Shown here in pieces: positions 19,052 through 32,366 of a DNA stretch of 64,000 nucleotides (the stretch's first letter is position 1; every line of letters starts with the position of its first letter). Under the pieces are notes generated by a model that was given only the letters and a program-made list of their open reading frames with translations, was not told the DNA's origin and did not search any database. The stretch comes from an uncultured delta proteobacterium (GTDB taxonomy: Bacteria; Myxococcota; Myxococcia; Myxococcales; Myxococcaceae): NCBI GenBank assembly GCA_963771175.1, contig CAVYSY010000001.1, positions 128,001-192,000 of the forward strand, read 5' to 3'. Both the position numbers and the translations under genes were made by a program.

Positions 19052-20212
19052 ATGTCGCGCCGGTCATCCGCTGACACCTCCCTACCCGGTTCCCCTTCCG
19101 TGGTCCTCGATGCCGGGTTGGCGTCGTACGAGCTCGTCCGGACGTTGGGACAGGGCCACCATGGCGAGCTGCTGCTGGCCCGCCAGCGCTACCACCATGG
19201 GCTCGGGGGTCTCACCCTCCTCAAGCGGCTCAACAAGGTGGCGCGGCAGCTCGACTACCAGCGGCTGGTGGAGGAGGCGCGGCTGGGGGGGCAGCTCCAG
19301 CACCCCAACATCGCCTCCGTGCAGCTCATGTGCGGTACCGCGGAGGAGCCCGTCCTCCTCATCGCCTATGTCGAGGGGGACCTGCTCGGTGACCTGATGC
19401 GTCGGGCGGCCGGGATGGACCTGTCCCTCTCGGAGGCCTTTGCCTGCCATGTGACCGCGGAGGTCGCGGACGCGCTGCACTACGCGCACGCGCTCGTCGA
19501 CGAGAGGGGCCGGTCCCTGGGCATCGTCCACCGGGATGTGACGCCCCAGAGCATCCTCCTCGGTCGCCAGGGCGAGGTGAAGCTGATGGACTTCGGGGGG
19601 GCCTGGTCCCGCCTGGAGGGGCGCATGTCCACGGAGGGGGACACCGACATGGTCCCCCTGGCGTACAGCTCTCCCGAGCGGGTCTCGATGGATCCGCTCG
19701 ACGGGCGCTCGGACCTGTTCTCCCTGGGGCTCGTCTTCCTGCGGCTCCTCACCGGCCGGCACCTCTTCGACGCCGACGCCCGTTACGAGGCCGAGCTGCG
19801 TGCCCGTCAGCTCCGGGCGCGCGGGGACTTCCCCGGGGCCAGCCGGGTGCCGGGGCTCGAGGAGTTGGGCCCCCCTCGCACCACCGACCTGATGCGGCGC
19901 ATCCGCCTCCTGAGCACGCGGCAGGTGGAGGAGGCCACGCGCTCGTTGCCAGAGGGGCTGCGCCCCGTCCTCCACCGGGTGCTGGCGCCGAAGCGGGAGG
20001 ACCGTTACCCAACAGGGGCGGAGCTGAGCCAGGCCCTCCGCGACTACCTGTGGGCATCCGGCCAGCGGTATGGGCGGATGGAGCTGGCGGCGGAGGTGTC
20101 CGCCCTGCACGAGGCCGCCCTGCGGGACGGGGAGGGGGAGCCCTCCGGCGACTCGAAACGGGAGGGGGCGGCGTCTCGGGGACGCCGTAAGGGACCTGTC
20201 AGGGAGTCCTGA
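19052..20212 (+). CDS. Serine/threonine protein kinase (myxobacterial type)
   Basis: LGQGHHG, LLKRL, HPNIASV, HRDVTPQSILL, DFG, YSSPE and DGRSDLFSLG motifs. Confidence 0.85.
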   Translation: MSRRSSADTSLPGSPSVVLDAGLASYELVRTLGQGHHGELLLARQRYHHGLGGLTLLKRLNKVARQLDYQRLVEEARLGGQLQHPNIASVQLMCGTAEEPVLLIAYVEGDLLGDLMRRAAGMDLSLSEAFACHVTAEVADALHYAHALVDERGRSLGIVHRDVTPQSILLGRQGEVKLMDFGGAWSRLEGRMSTEGDTDMVPLAYSSPERVSMDPLDGRSDLFSLGLVFLRLLTGRHLFDADARYEAELRARQLRARGDFPGASRVPGLEELGPPRTTDLMRRIRLLSTRQVEEATRSLPEGLRPVLHRVLAPKREDRYPTGAELSQALRDYLWASGQRYGRMELAAEVSALHEAALRDGEGEPSGDSKREGAASRGRRKGPVRES

Positions 20213-20282
20213 CGCTTGGCCAGAAGCCCCGGCCCGTGTTAGTCCGCCGCCTTCCTGCTTCTGTTGGAGAAGGAGTCCGGAG

Positions 20283-20690
20283 ATGGCTCGCCGTCACATC
20301 CGCGTCGTCGGCGCGATGCTTCAGAATTCCGAGGGGCGCTACCTCATCACCCAGCGCCCCCCCAAGGCGACGCTGCCGCTGCTATGGGAGTTCCCGGGCG
20401 GCCGCGTGGAGGAGGGGGAATCGGATGAGCTGGCGCTCGCCCGGGAGATCCGCGAGGAGATGGGCGTGGCCGTGGAGGTGCTGGAGCAGGCTCTCCACAC
20501 CCACCACGATTACCCCACCTACGACATCGACTTCCGCGTCTACCGCTGCCGGCTCACCAGCCCCGAGTCCGCCATCCAGCACCTGCGCGTGCATGACCAC
20601 CGCTGGGTGACGCTCGAGGAGATGTCGAAGTACCAGTTCCCCGACGCCGACGCGAAGACGCTGGCCAAGCTGCTGGGGCTGGAAGGCTGA
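20283..20690 (+). CDS. NUDIX hydrolase, MutT/NudG-like (d)NTP pyrophosphohydrolase
   Basis: WEFPGGRVEEGESDELALAREIREEMG Nudix box. Confidence 0.9.
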   Translation: MARRHIRVVGAMLQNSEGRYLITQRPPKATLPLLWEFPGGRVEEGESDELALAREIREEMGVAVEVLEQALHTHHDYPTYDIDFRVYRCRLTSPESAIQHLRVHDHRWVTLEEMSKYQFPDADAKTLAKLLGLEG

Positions 20691-20691
20691 C

Positions 20692-21654
20692 GTGCGGCGT
20701 TGCGCCGTGGTGTTCGCGGGCGTGCTGCTGGGCGCCTGCTCGACGAAGAAGCCGTCGGGCCCCGAGGCCACCACCCAGGCGGTGGATTCACGCTATCCGC
20801 CCGCCGAAGGCCTGCCCGGCTGCACCCTCTACGGGGAGCCGCACGTCACCGGTCGTCCGCCGGACACCGGCCGCGTCCCCCTGGTGCTGGCCGAGATGTC
20901 TGGCCTCGCCGCGAGCACCCGCCACCCGGGCGTCTTGTGGACCCACAACGACTCCGGCAACGCCTTCCAGGTGTTCGCCATCAATGAGCTGGGGGCGGTG
21001 CTCGCCACCCTGACCCTCACGGGCGTCGACGCGACGGCGCTGGGCCGGTTGGACCTCGAGGACATCGCCGTGGGCCCGTGTGCCCCGGGCGATGGGCGCT
21101 CGTGTCTCTACGTCGCCGACATCGGGGACAACTTCGAGCGCCGCAAGCAGGTGCGCCTCTTCCGCTTCCCCGAGCCGGAGCAGGTGGCCGACGCCCCCGT
21201 CACCGTGGAGATGCTGCCCTTCACCTACCCGGACAGGCCGCACGACGCCGAGTCCCTCGTCATTGAGCCGAGGACCGGGCGGCTGGCGGTCATCACCAAG
21301 GAGCGCGCCTCGCTGGGCACCGTCTTCGCGCTGGACGGGCTGGTGCCGGACTCCGTGACGAAGGCCACGCGCCTGGGCGAGCTGCGCACGCCGGGGGATG
21401 TCGACTTCCGCACCACCGCGGCGGACCTCCACGAGTCGGGGCAGCGCCTGCTGCTGCGCACCTATACGCGCGTCTGGGAGGTGCGTCGTCCCGGAGCCAC
21501 CCGCCTGGAGGAGCTCGTCCAGGGGCAGGTGGCCGAGGTGCCCGGTCCGAGCCAGGCCCAGTCCGAGGCCCTCACGTACCTGCCTGGAGGCCGTGCCTAC
21601 CTGCTGGGCTCCGAGTTCGCTGGCCAACTCCTGTACCAGGTGGACTGCCGCTGA
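20692..21654 (+). CDS. Putative lipoprotein, probable beta-propeller, function unknown
   Basis: Lipobox LLGAC; EMSGLAAS, WTHNDSG, EDIAVGPC, DIGDN and DAESL repeats. Confidence 0.65.
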   Translation: MRRCAVVFAGVLLGACSTKKPSGPEATTQAVDSRYPPAEGLPGCTLYGEPHVTGRPPDTGRVPLVLAEMSGLAASTRHPGVLWTHNDSGNAFQVFAINELGAVLATLTLTGVDATALGRLDLEDIAVGPCAPGDGRSCLYVADIGDNFERRKQVRLFRFPEPEQVADAPVTVEMLPFTYPDRPHDAESLVIEPRTGRLAVITKERASLGTVFALDGLVPDSVTKATRLGELRTPGDVDFRTTAADLHESGQRLLLRTYTRVWEVRRPGATRLEELVQGQVAEVPGPSQAQSEALTYLPGGRAYLLGSEFAGQLLYQVDCR

Positions 21655-21861
21655 TCGGTGTCCCTGGGCGGAGGGTGTCTTGTGGTCGGCATTGGGCCCG
21701 GCCGGATGGACGGGCGGTGTTCCGGCGTTACCTCAAGTACCCAAGGTGTATCTGCATGGCGGGTTGACCGCCGAGCAGGTGTGAACATCTTTGGCCAGCA
21801 GCGAAGTCGTACCACGTACCACCAGGGGTGCGTGGCATGGGGGAGGGGGAGTGCGTCGACG

Positions 21862-23927
<2,066 letters not shown>

Positions 23928-24045
23928 ATCCGCTCGGCGGGCGTCTGGTCGCCTGCCCCCTGAGCTTGCCATCGCCCTTCCACGTCTGCATGTTCTGCGG
24001 TGTGGGAAGGGCGAAATTATCTTGCCCGGGAAGGAGGGAGAGGCC

Positions 24046-24292
24046 GTGGAAAACAGAATCGGTAAGAGCTACATGGCTCGCAAGGCACTCTTCGCCAAGG
24101 GGCTGCGTGAGGGGCGCCTCACGGTGCAGGAGATCGAGGACGGCTCTGCCCGCTGGGACACTCACGGCGGCCGAGCGCTGGTTGCTGTACTACTCGCTCC
24201 GGGCGGCCCAGGTGGAGATCATCGACGAGGTGACCGGTCAGGTGGACCACGGCTTCATGTCCGAGCAGCCCGCCGCCCCCGCCGAGCACTAG
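24046..24292 (+). CDS. Small stand-alone sigma-70 region 1.1-like protein; frameshift near 24140
   Basis: GTG after [31 protein letters not shown]....[19 protein letters not shown] resembles the region 1.1 pattern (L...G...G.LT..EI...LP...L....IEII). Confidence 0.6.
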
Positions 24293-24309
24293 CCGTGTCA
24301 TCGCATACG

Positions 24310-24337
24310 TTGACACACAGTCGGGGCTGGTTAGGTT
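24310..24337 (+). promoter_or_regulatory. Sigma70-type promoter of grpE, probably giving a leaderless mRNA
   Basis: TTGACA-16 nt-TAGGTT, with the ATG 7 nt after the -10 element and no Shine-Dalgarno sequence. Confidence 0.5.
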
Positions 24338-24343
24338 CGCCGC

Positions 24344-24967
24344 ATGAACGGCAATCCCCGGACAGATGGGCCGTCCCAGGACGGGACGCAGGCCCAGGAC
24401 GCAGCCAGCACGGCCGCGCCTGAAACGTCCGCCGAGCAGCAGGAGCAGTCGGCCCAGTCGGCCGCGCCGGCGGTGGACCCCGAGCGACAGCGGTTGGAGG
24501 CGGAGCTGGATGCGACCCGGCGCCGCGTGGACGAGCTCGCGCGCGCCTACCAGGAGGTGCAGAAGGATCGCGAGGAGTTCAAGCAGCGCCTCACCCGCGA
24601 GCGTGAGCGGATGATGGACGTGGAGCGCGGCAACGTGGCCACGGCGCTCCTGGAGGCGGTGGACGAGCTGGACCGCAGCCTCTCGATGAGCGGGGCGGAC
24701 AACACCTCGCCCCTGGCGCAGGGCGTGCAGATGATCCGCGACGGGCTGCTCTCGAAGCTGCAGCAGATGGGCATCGAGCGCATCCAGGTGGTGGGCCGGC
24801 CGTACGACCCGAACACCGCCGAGGCCACCGACATGGAGATCACCCCCAACCCCGACGATGACCAGAAGGTCGTGGCCGAGGTGCGGGCGGGTTACAAGCT
24901 GAAGGATCGAATCATCCGTGAGGCGCGCGTGAAGGTGGCGAAGTACGTCGCCCCCGCGCAGGCCTGA
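24344..24967 (+). CDS. grpE: Nucleotide exchange factor GrpE
   Basis: Coiled coil, [20 protein letters not shown] and [18 protein letters not shown] motifs. Confidence 0.88.
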   Translation: MNGNPRTDGPSQDGTQAQDAASTAAPETSAEQQEQSAQSAAPAVDPERQRLEAELDATRRRVDELARAYQEVQKDREEFKQRLTRERERMMDVERGNVATALLEAVDELDRSLSMSGADNTSPLAQGVQMIRDGLLSKLQQMGIERIQVVGRPYDPNTAEATDMEITPNPDDDQKVVAEVRAGYKLKDRIIREARVKVAKYVAPAQA

Positions 24968-25080
24968 GTCCCTCCGGGGCTGCTAGGGTGGGGGGTTCCT
25001 CCCCTCGCCCTTCCGCTCCGTGAACGCGGGCCCGGTATTTCGGGAAATAGACGGAGGGGGCGGTTGTTCGAGCCCTCGCC

Positions 25081-26533
25081 ATGGCCCCCGTCGTGACCCG
25101 CCGCTGTCCCTCCCTGACCCCCCTGCTCGTCCTGCTTCCGCTGGTGCTCGCTTCCCGAGCGGGGGCGGACCCGGGAGCGCTCGCCCCGTGGCTCCAGGCT
25201 CGGGCACGGGAGCATGCCTCCTGGGTGGAGGACTCCAGCCCGCGGGCGCAGCGGCCCGATGGGGCTGTGGCGCGAGTGGGGCTCGAAGGAGCCGATGCTG
25301 CCGGGCTTCGTGCCCCCCACCTCGCTGGCGCCGCTCATCCGGGCGGTGGAGGCGGGCGTGGTGAACATCAACATCATGGGCGCGGGGAGCCCGCTGGAGG
25401 GCGCGAGGCGCTCGGCCACGGGCTCGGGCTTCATCCTCACCCCGGACGGGCTGGTGGTGACGAACAACCACGTGGTGGCGCGCCAGGACGTGGGGCGCGG
25501 AGATCGAGGTGCGCCTGTCGGACGGGCGCGAGTTCCCCGCCGAGGTGGTGGGGCGGGACTCCTCCACGGACGTGGCGCTGCTTCGGCTGCTGCGGCAAGG
25601 GCGTGGGCGGGCTGCCGGCGGTGTACCTGGGGGACTCGGACAGGCTGGAGGTGGGCGACTGGGTGGTGGCCATCGGCAACCCGTTCGGGCTGGACCACTC
25701 GGTGTCGCACGGGATGATCTCCGCCAAGGAGCGGGTGATCGGCGTGGGCCTCTTCGACGACTTCATCCAGACGGACGCGCTCATCAACCCGGGCAACTCG
25801 GGCGGGCCGCTCTTCAACATGCGCGGCGAGGTGGTGGGCGTGAACACGGCCATCATCAGCCAGGGGCAGGGCATCGGCTTCGCGGTGCCCATCAACATGG
25901 TGAAGGACCTGCTGCCCAACCTGCGCGAGAACGGTCAGCTCCAGAGCGCGGCTGGCTGGGCGTGGTGCATCGACGAGCAGCCGCAGGTGGGGGCGCGGGC
26001 GGCGGTGGTGAAGGAGGTGTACCGCGAGCAGCCCGGCGGCGAAGGCGGGCATCCGCACGGGGGATCAGGTGGTGGGGGTGAACGGGAAGCAGGTGGACTC
26101 GTACCAGCAGCTGCTGCGCAGGGTGGCGATGCTGGCGCCGGGCACGGAGGCGAAGCTGACGCTCCTGCGCGGTGGGGAGACGCAGGACGTGGTGGTGAAG
26201 CTGTCGGCCCGTCCGGCGCCGGAGGTGCTGGAGGCCCTGGCCAGTCCGGGCAACCTGAGCGAGCTCGGCCTGGTGCTTCGGGACGTCACGCCCGAGGTGG
26301 CGGCGCCCATGGGGCTGCAGCCCTATGAGGGCGTGCTGGTGTCCGGGGTGGTGCCGCGCAGCGTGGCGGCACAGGCCGGGCTGCGGCAGGGAGACGTGGT
26401 GACGGAGGTGAACCGCCGCAAGGTGAAGGACATCGCGGCGGTGAAGGGCGCGCTCGAGCGGGGCGTGGGCGCGGCGGTGCTCCTGCGGGTGCGGCGCGGC
26501 GAGACGCAGCAGTACGTCGCGCTGGAGCCCTGA
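25081..26533 (+). CDS. HtrA/DegQ-family trypsin-like serine protease with two PDZ domains; several frameshifts
   Basis: GSGFIL, TNNHVV, TDVALL, AIGNPFGL and IQTDALINPGNSGGPL motifs, then two PDZ domains, split across reading frames. Confidence 0.85.
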
Positions 26534-26542
26534 GCCCCGCGG

Positions 26543-27202
26543 CTACTTCTTCTTTCCGCCCGTCTTGCCACCCCCGGAGCCGGGCTCCTCGGCGAACCAC
26601 ATCCCGAGCGGCTCGCCCGTGCGCGCGTGCGTCAGGAGGATGCCCTCCACGCGGGCGGCGACGCCGTACTGCTTCCCGCCGCCCCGCTTGCGCGGGAGGC
26701 TCCACACGCCCTGCGGGGTGAAGACGAGCTGCGCGCGCACCTGGTGTGTGGAGAAGAGGCGCAGGAAGTTGCTGGCGTTCCAGCCCTCGGGCGTGGTGCC
26801 GGTGATGCGCAGCAGCGGCAGCAGCGGGTTGCCCTCCGTGTCCGTCTGCGAGGGCACGCCCTGGGTCATCGCGTAGGCGCCTCCGGGGAAGTACGGGGTG
26901 ACGTGGATGACGTAGTTGCCGGTGCCGGGCTGGTACGGGCCCGGGCTGAGCATGGTCGCCACGTCCTCCCCGACGATCATGTAGAGCTTCTTGTCCTTGT
27001 ACTTCTCGCGGAAGGCCTCGGCCTCCTTGCGGCAGGACGGGCCGGAGAACACGCTGCCGCACTCGCCGATGTACTTCTCCAGGAACGTCGAGAGGCTGCC
27101 CAGGGGCTCGGCTTGATCCCTCAGGCGGGCGAAGCGCGGGTCCACGTCCGCCAGGGCGAACACGGGCAACAGCAGGACGGCGGCCAGGATGAGTCGTCTC
27201 AC
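26543..27202 (-). CDS. Secreted hypothetical protein (possibly DUF6066 family)
   Basis: Signal peptide RRLILAAVLLLPVFALA; high-GC3 codon usage; Cys pair. Confidence 0.65.
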   Translation of the reverse strand: MRRLILAAVLLLPVFALADVDPRFARLRDQAEPLGSLSTFLEKYIGECGSVFSGPSCRKEAEAFREKYKDKKLYMIVGEDVATMLSPGPYQPGTGNYVIHVTPYFPGGAYAMTQGVPSQTDTEGNPLLPLLRITGTTPEGWNASNFLRLFSTHQVRAQLVFTPQGVWSLPRKRGGGKQYGVAARVEGILLTHARTGEPLGMWFAEEPGSGGGKTGGKKK

Positions 27203-27317
27203 GCGGAGGGCACTCCAGGGGGTGGAAAGGGGAGGCCGATGGTGCCACCCCGGGCCGCTTCAAGCACCGGTGATGTAGGTACGTAGCGGTACGTGCTGGT
27301 ATGGGCTGGTGGATATT

Positions 27318-27345
27318 TTGACTACATGTCCGCACCATGTAGTTT
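27318..27345 (+). promoter_or_regulatory. Promoter of the PilZ gene overlapped by an inverted repeat
   Basis: TTGACT-16 nt-TAGTTT with an ACTACATG-N7-CATGTAGT palindrome across it. Confidence 0.45.
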
Positions 27346-27378
27346 CCGTGTCACCTTCCACCTACCCGGAGGCCTCAC

Positions 27379-29421
<2,043 letters not shown>

Positions 29422-29651
29422 GTGTAAAATCGCTCCTTGGGGTGAGGCGATTGTTAGGTAGAGGCGGGGCCCTTATGTGCATAGCAGCCACATGGGGTCA
29501 ACCGCTGGCCCGCGTTGTTTGGAACCAAACTGTCAGTTGTTTCAGGTAGTTAGCCAACGCGGCGTGTCAATTCACCGGGGGTGCTTGCCTGTCTGCTCCC
29601 TGGGACCGGGTGGGGGCGTGGAGGCGGAGCGGGGCGGGATGAAAGAAGTGC

Positions 29652-29680
29652 TTGCCGTGGTTGGGGCAGCGTGGTACTTC
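29652..29680 (+). promoter_or_regulatory. Putative tRNA promoter
   Basis: TTGCCG-17 nt-TACTTC with an extended TG and a GC-rich discriminator, 40 nt upstream of the tRNA. Confidence 0.45.
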
Positions 29681-29719
29681 GCCCGCCCACATCGGTGACG
29701 CCAAAAGCGTCGCCCCTGT

Positions 29720-29795
<76 letters not shown>

Positions 29796-29804
29796 AGAAA
29801 AACG

Positions 29805-29845
29805 AGGGCTTGGGAGGCAGTTCGCCCCCAAGCCCTTTTTCTTTG
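29805..29845 (+). terminator. Rho-independent terminator after the tRNA
   Basis: AGGGCTTGGG...CCCAAGCCCT stem followed by TTTTCTTTG. Confidence 0.8.
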
Positions 29846-30125
29846 TTGCCGCTGTGGAGAAGGAAGCGAAGGAGGCAGCAGGGCGCGCGGAGGTTAGGAC
29901 GGACCCCGAAGAGGCGCAGACCAACGCCCCGCTCCGCGACAGCACGAGCCTCGCCAAGCGGGTCCGAAAAGAAGGACGAGCCGCAGTAGGCCGGGAATTC
30001 AAGAGCTTCCTTGAAGTTGCCCGGATTCTAGGGGCCACCGGTGGACGAGGGACGGCCGAAGCGCTGCGTGGCGTCGGTCGGCGGCTAACCGTTGTAGGAA
30101 CCTCGCAGCCAGCTGTAAAAGCCGG

Positions 30126-31421
30126 CTAGGCCCGTGCCTGCGGTGCGTCGGGCAGCGTCGCCTCGACGTCTCGGATGAGCGGATTCATCCAGGCCCAGGT
30201 GGTGAAGCCAAGCGTCACCAGCCCCATGAGCGCCATGATGACGGCCACTCCGCGGCCCGCGCCGACTCCGAAGAGCGGTCCCAGCCAGTCGGCGAGCCGT
30301 CCCTCGGGCCTCATCGCCGGCTCGAACACCGCGTCGGACAGCGGCCCGGACAGTGCGAAGGCCAGTGGCAGCGTCGCCCCCAGCACCAGCCGGCGCGCGG
30401 CGAACACTCGCCCTTGCAGCGCCGCCGGCACCTTCACCTGCCAGATGGCCTGCACCGCCGAGTTCACCAGCGGGCTGGCGAACCCCACCGCGAAGGCGCA
30501 GGCACCCACGCCCAGCGCGCTCCGCGCGGCGCCGCCCGCACCGAGCGCCACCGCCATCAACAGCCCGCCTGCCCACACCGCCTGGACCCGCCTCCGCGGC
30601 CCGCCCCGGGCCGCCACCAGCCCAGCCCCGGCCAGCATCCCTACGCCTGCGGCCGACATCACCCCTCCGAAGGCCGCCGCCGTCGACAGCGACAGCACCA
30701 GCGGGAGGAGCAGCACCGTGGCCATGCCCAGCGCGAAGTTGATGGCGGCCTGTATCACCAAGGTGCCCAGGAGCCCGGGCCGCTCACCGACGTAGCCAAT
30801 GCCGAAGCGCCACGAGGTCGCCTCTCGCTTGGGCGCCTCCCCGGCCTCCGGCACCTCGGTCAGGGCCACCGCGGTCAGCGCGAAGACGAACGTCAGGGCG
30901 TTGACGACCAACACGCCCGAGAGCCCGATGCCCGCCAAGAGCGCCCCGGCCGCTGACGGCGCCACGAGCTGCGCCAAGGCCTGGCCGGTCTGCTGCGCCC
31001 CGCTGGCCCGGGCCAGCTGCGTCGGCGGCACCAGGAGCGTGGTGGCCGCCTCGAAGGCGAGCCCGTGAAACGCCGCGACGAGCGAGTTCACCGCCGAGAG
31101 CACCCCGATGTGCCACAGCTCGAGTTGCCCGGCGAGGCCGAGCGCCGCGACCAGGCCCGTGCTGACGGCCGACGCGAGGTTGCCCAGCCGCATCACCGTG
31201 CCCCGCTCCAGCCGGTCGACCACCTGCCCAGCGAAGGGCGACACCAGGAGGCCGGGGAGGATGGCGGCCAGGGAGATGAGCGCGTAGGTGGTGACGGTGC
31301 GCGTCTGTTGGAACGCGTGAATGGAGACAACAAAGCCCGACAGCAGGCTGCCCAACAGCGACATCGTCTCTCCGGTGAGGATGACGGGAAAGGCGGCCCC
31401 GCCTCGGATGAGCCGCCTCAC
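30126..31421 (-). CDS. MFS transporter (macrolide-efflux/DHA3-like), probable product exporter
   Basis: About 12 hydrophobic helices; GQVVDRLER and VPAALQGRVFA motifs; GTG start overlaps the TEII stop. Confidence 0.85.
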   Translation of the reverse strand: MRRLIRGGAAFPVILTGETMSLLGSLLSGFVVSIHAFQQTRTVTTYALISLAAILPGLLVSPFAGQVVDRLERGTVMRLGNLASAVSTGLVAALGLAGQLELWHIGVLSAVNSLVAAFHGLAFEAATTLLVPPTQLARASGAQQTGQALAQLVAPSAAGALLAGIGLSGVLVVNALTFVFALTAVALTEVPEAGEAPKREATSWRFGIGYVGERPGLLGTLVIQAAINFALGMATVLLLPLVLSLSTAAAFGGVMSAAGVGMLAGAGLVAARGGPRRRVQAVWAGGLLMAVALGAGGAARSALGVGACAFAVGFASPLVNSAVQAIWQVKVPAALQGRVFAARRLVLGATLPLAFALSGPLSDAVFEPAMRPEGRLADWLGPLFGVGAGRGVAVIMALMGLVTLGFTTWAWMNPLIRDVEATLPDAPQARA

Positions 31422-32170
31422 TGGGCTACCACCCACGGGCGCAGCACGCCCTCGAGCTCCCGGAGGACGGCCTGGCGGTTGTGCAGCACGAAGAAGTGGC
31501 CGCCCTCCACCGTCACCGCCCGGAAGGGGCCGCCGGCGTGGCCGCGCCAGGCCTCCAGCGCGCCGGGCGGCGCGAGGGCGTCGGCCGTGCCGCCCATCGC
31601 CAACAACGGGCATCGCACCGCCGTCCCCGGAGCCACGGAGTGCGTCTCGTCCACCGCGAGGTCCGCCCGTAGCACCGGCAGTATCATCCGCATGAGCTCG
31701 TCGTTCTCCAGCACCTCGTCAGGGGTTCCGCCCAGCCGCTTGATGGCGTCGCGGAACGCCCCGTCGGGCAGCGTGTGCATCGGCGCGTGCTCCCGAACCG
31801 ACGGCGCCGCCCGCCCCGAGGCCACCAGGTGCTTGAGCTCGACGGCGCCGTCGGCTTCGAGCCGCCGCGCCAGCTCGAAGGCGACCAGGGCCCCGATGCT
31901 GTGGCCGAACAGCACCACCGGCAGCTCTCCCAGCGGGCGGAGCGCCTCGGCCAGCGCCTCCACCACCGGCGCCATCCGGGTCAACGCTGGCTCCTTGAAG
32001 CGCATCTCGCGACCGGGGAGCTGAGCGAGGCATAGCTCCACACCGGGCGGCAGCAGGGGCAGCCAGCTCCGGTAGGCGTTGGTGCCCCCGCCGGCGAAGG
32101 GCAGACAGACGAGGCGCACCCGGGCATCCGGGCGCACTCGCGGGCGCACCAGCCAAGGCCCCTCAGCCAT
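31418..32170 (-). CDS. Type II (editing) thioesterase
   Basis: [27 protein letters not shown] and GGHFF motifs. Confidence 0.92.
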   Translation of the reverse strand: MAEGPWLVRPRVRPDARVRLVCLPFAGGGTNAYRSWLPLLPPGVELCLAQLPGREMRFKEPALTRMAPVVEALAEALRPLGELPVVLFGHSIGALVAFELARRLEADGAVELKHLVASGRAAPSVREHAPMHTLPDGAFRDAIKRLGGTPDEVLENDELMRMILPVLRADLAVDETHSVAPGTAVRCPLLAMGGTADALAPPGALEAWRGHAGGPFRAVTVEGGHFFVLHNRQAVLRELEGVLRPWVVAQ

Positions 32171-32366
32171 CCATCTTCTTCCGCAGGCTCAAGGGCCGCA
32201 TGTCGGTCCATACCTGCTCGATGAAGGCCAGGCACTCGGCCTTCGGGCCTGACTTGCCCGCCGCCCGCCAGCCGGCCGGGAGCGCCTTGTCGGCGGGCCA
32301 CAGCGAGTACTGTTCCTCGTGGTTCGTCACCACCTCGTAGACGGTCGTGTCGGCGTTGTCGCTCAT
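32163..32366 (-). CDS. mbtH: MbtH-like protein
   Basis: [10 protein letters not shown]....PAGW....C...I...WTDMRPLSL signature. Confidence 0.95.
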   Translation of the reverse strand: MSDNADTTVYEVVTNHEEQYSLWPADKALPAGWRAAGKSGPKAECLAFIEQVWTDMRPLSLRKKMDG

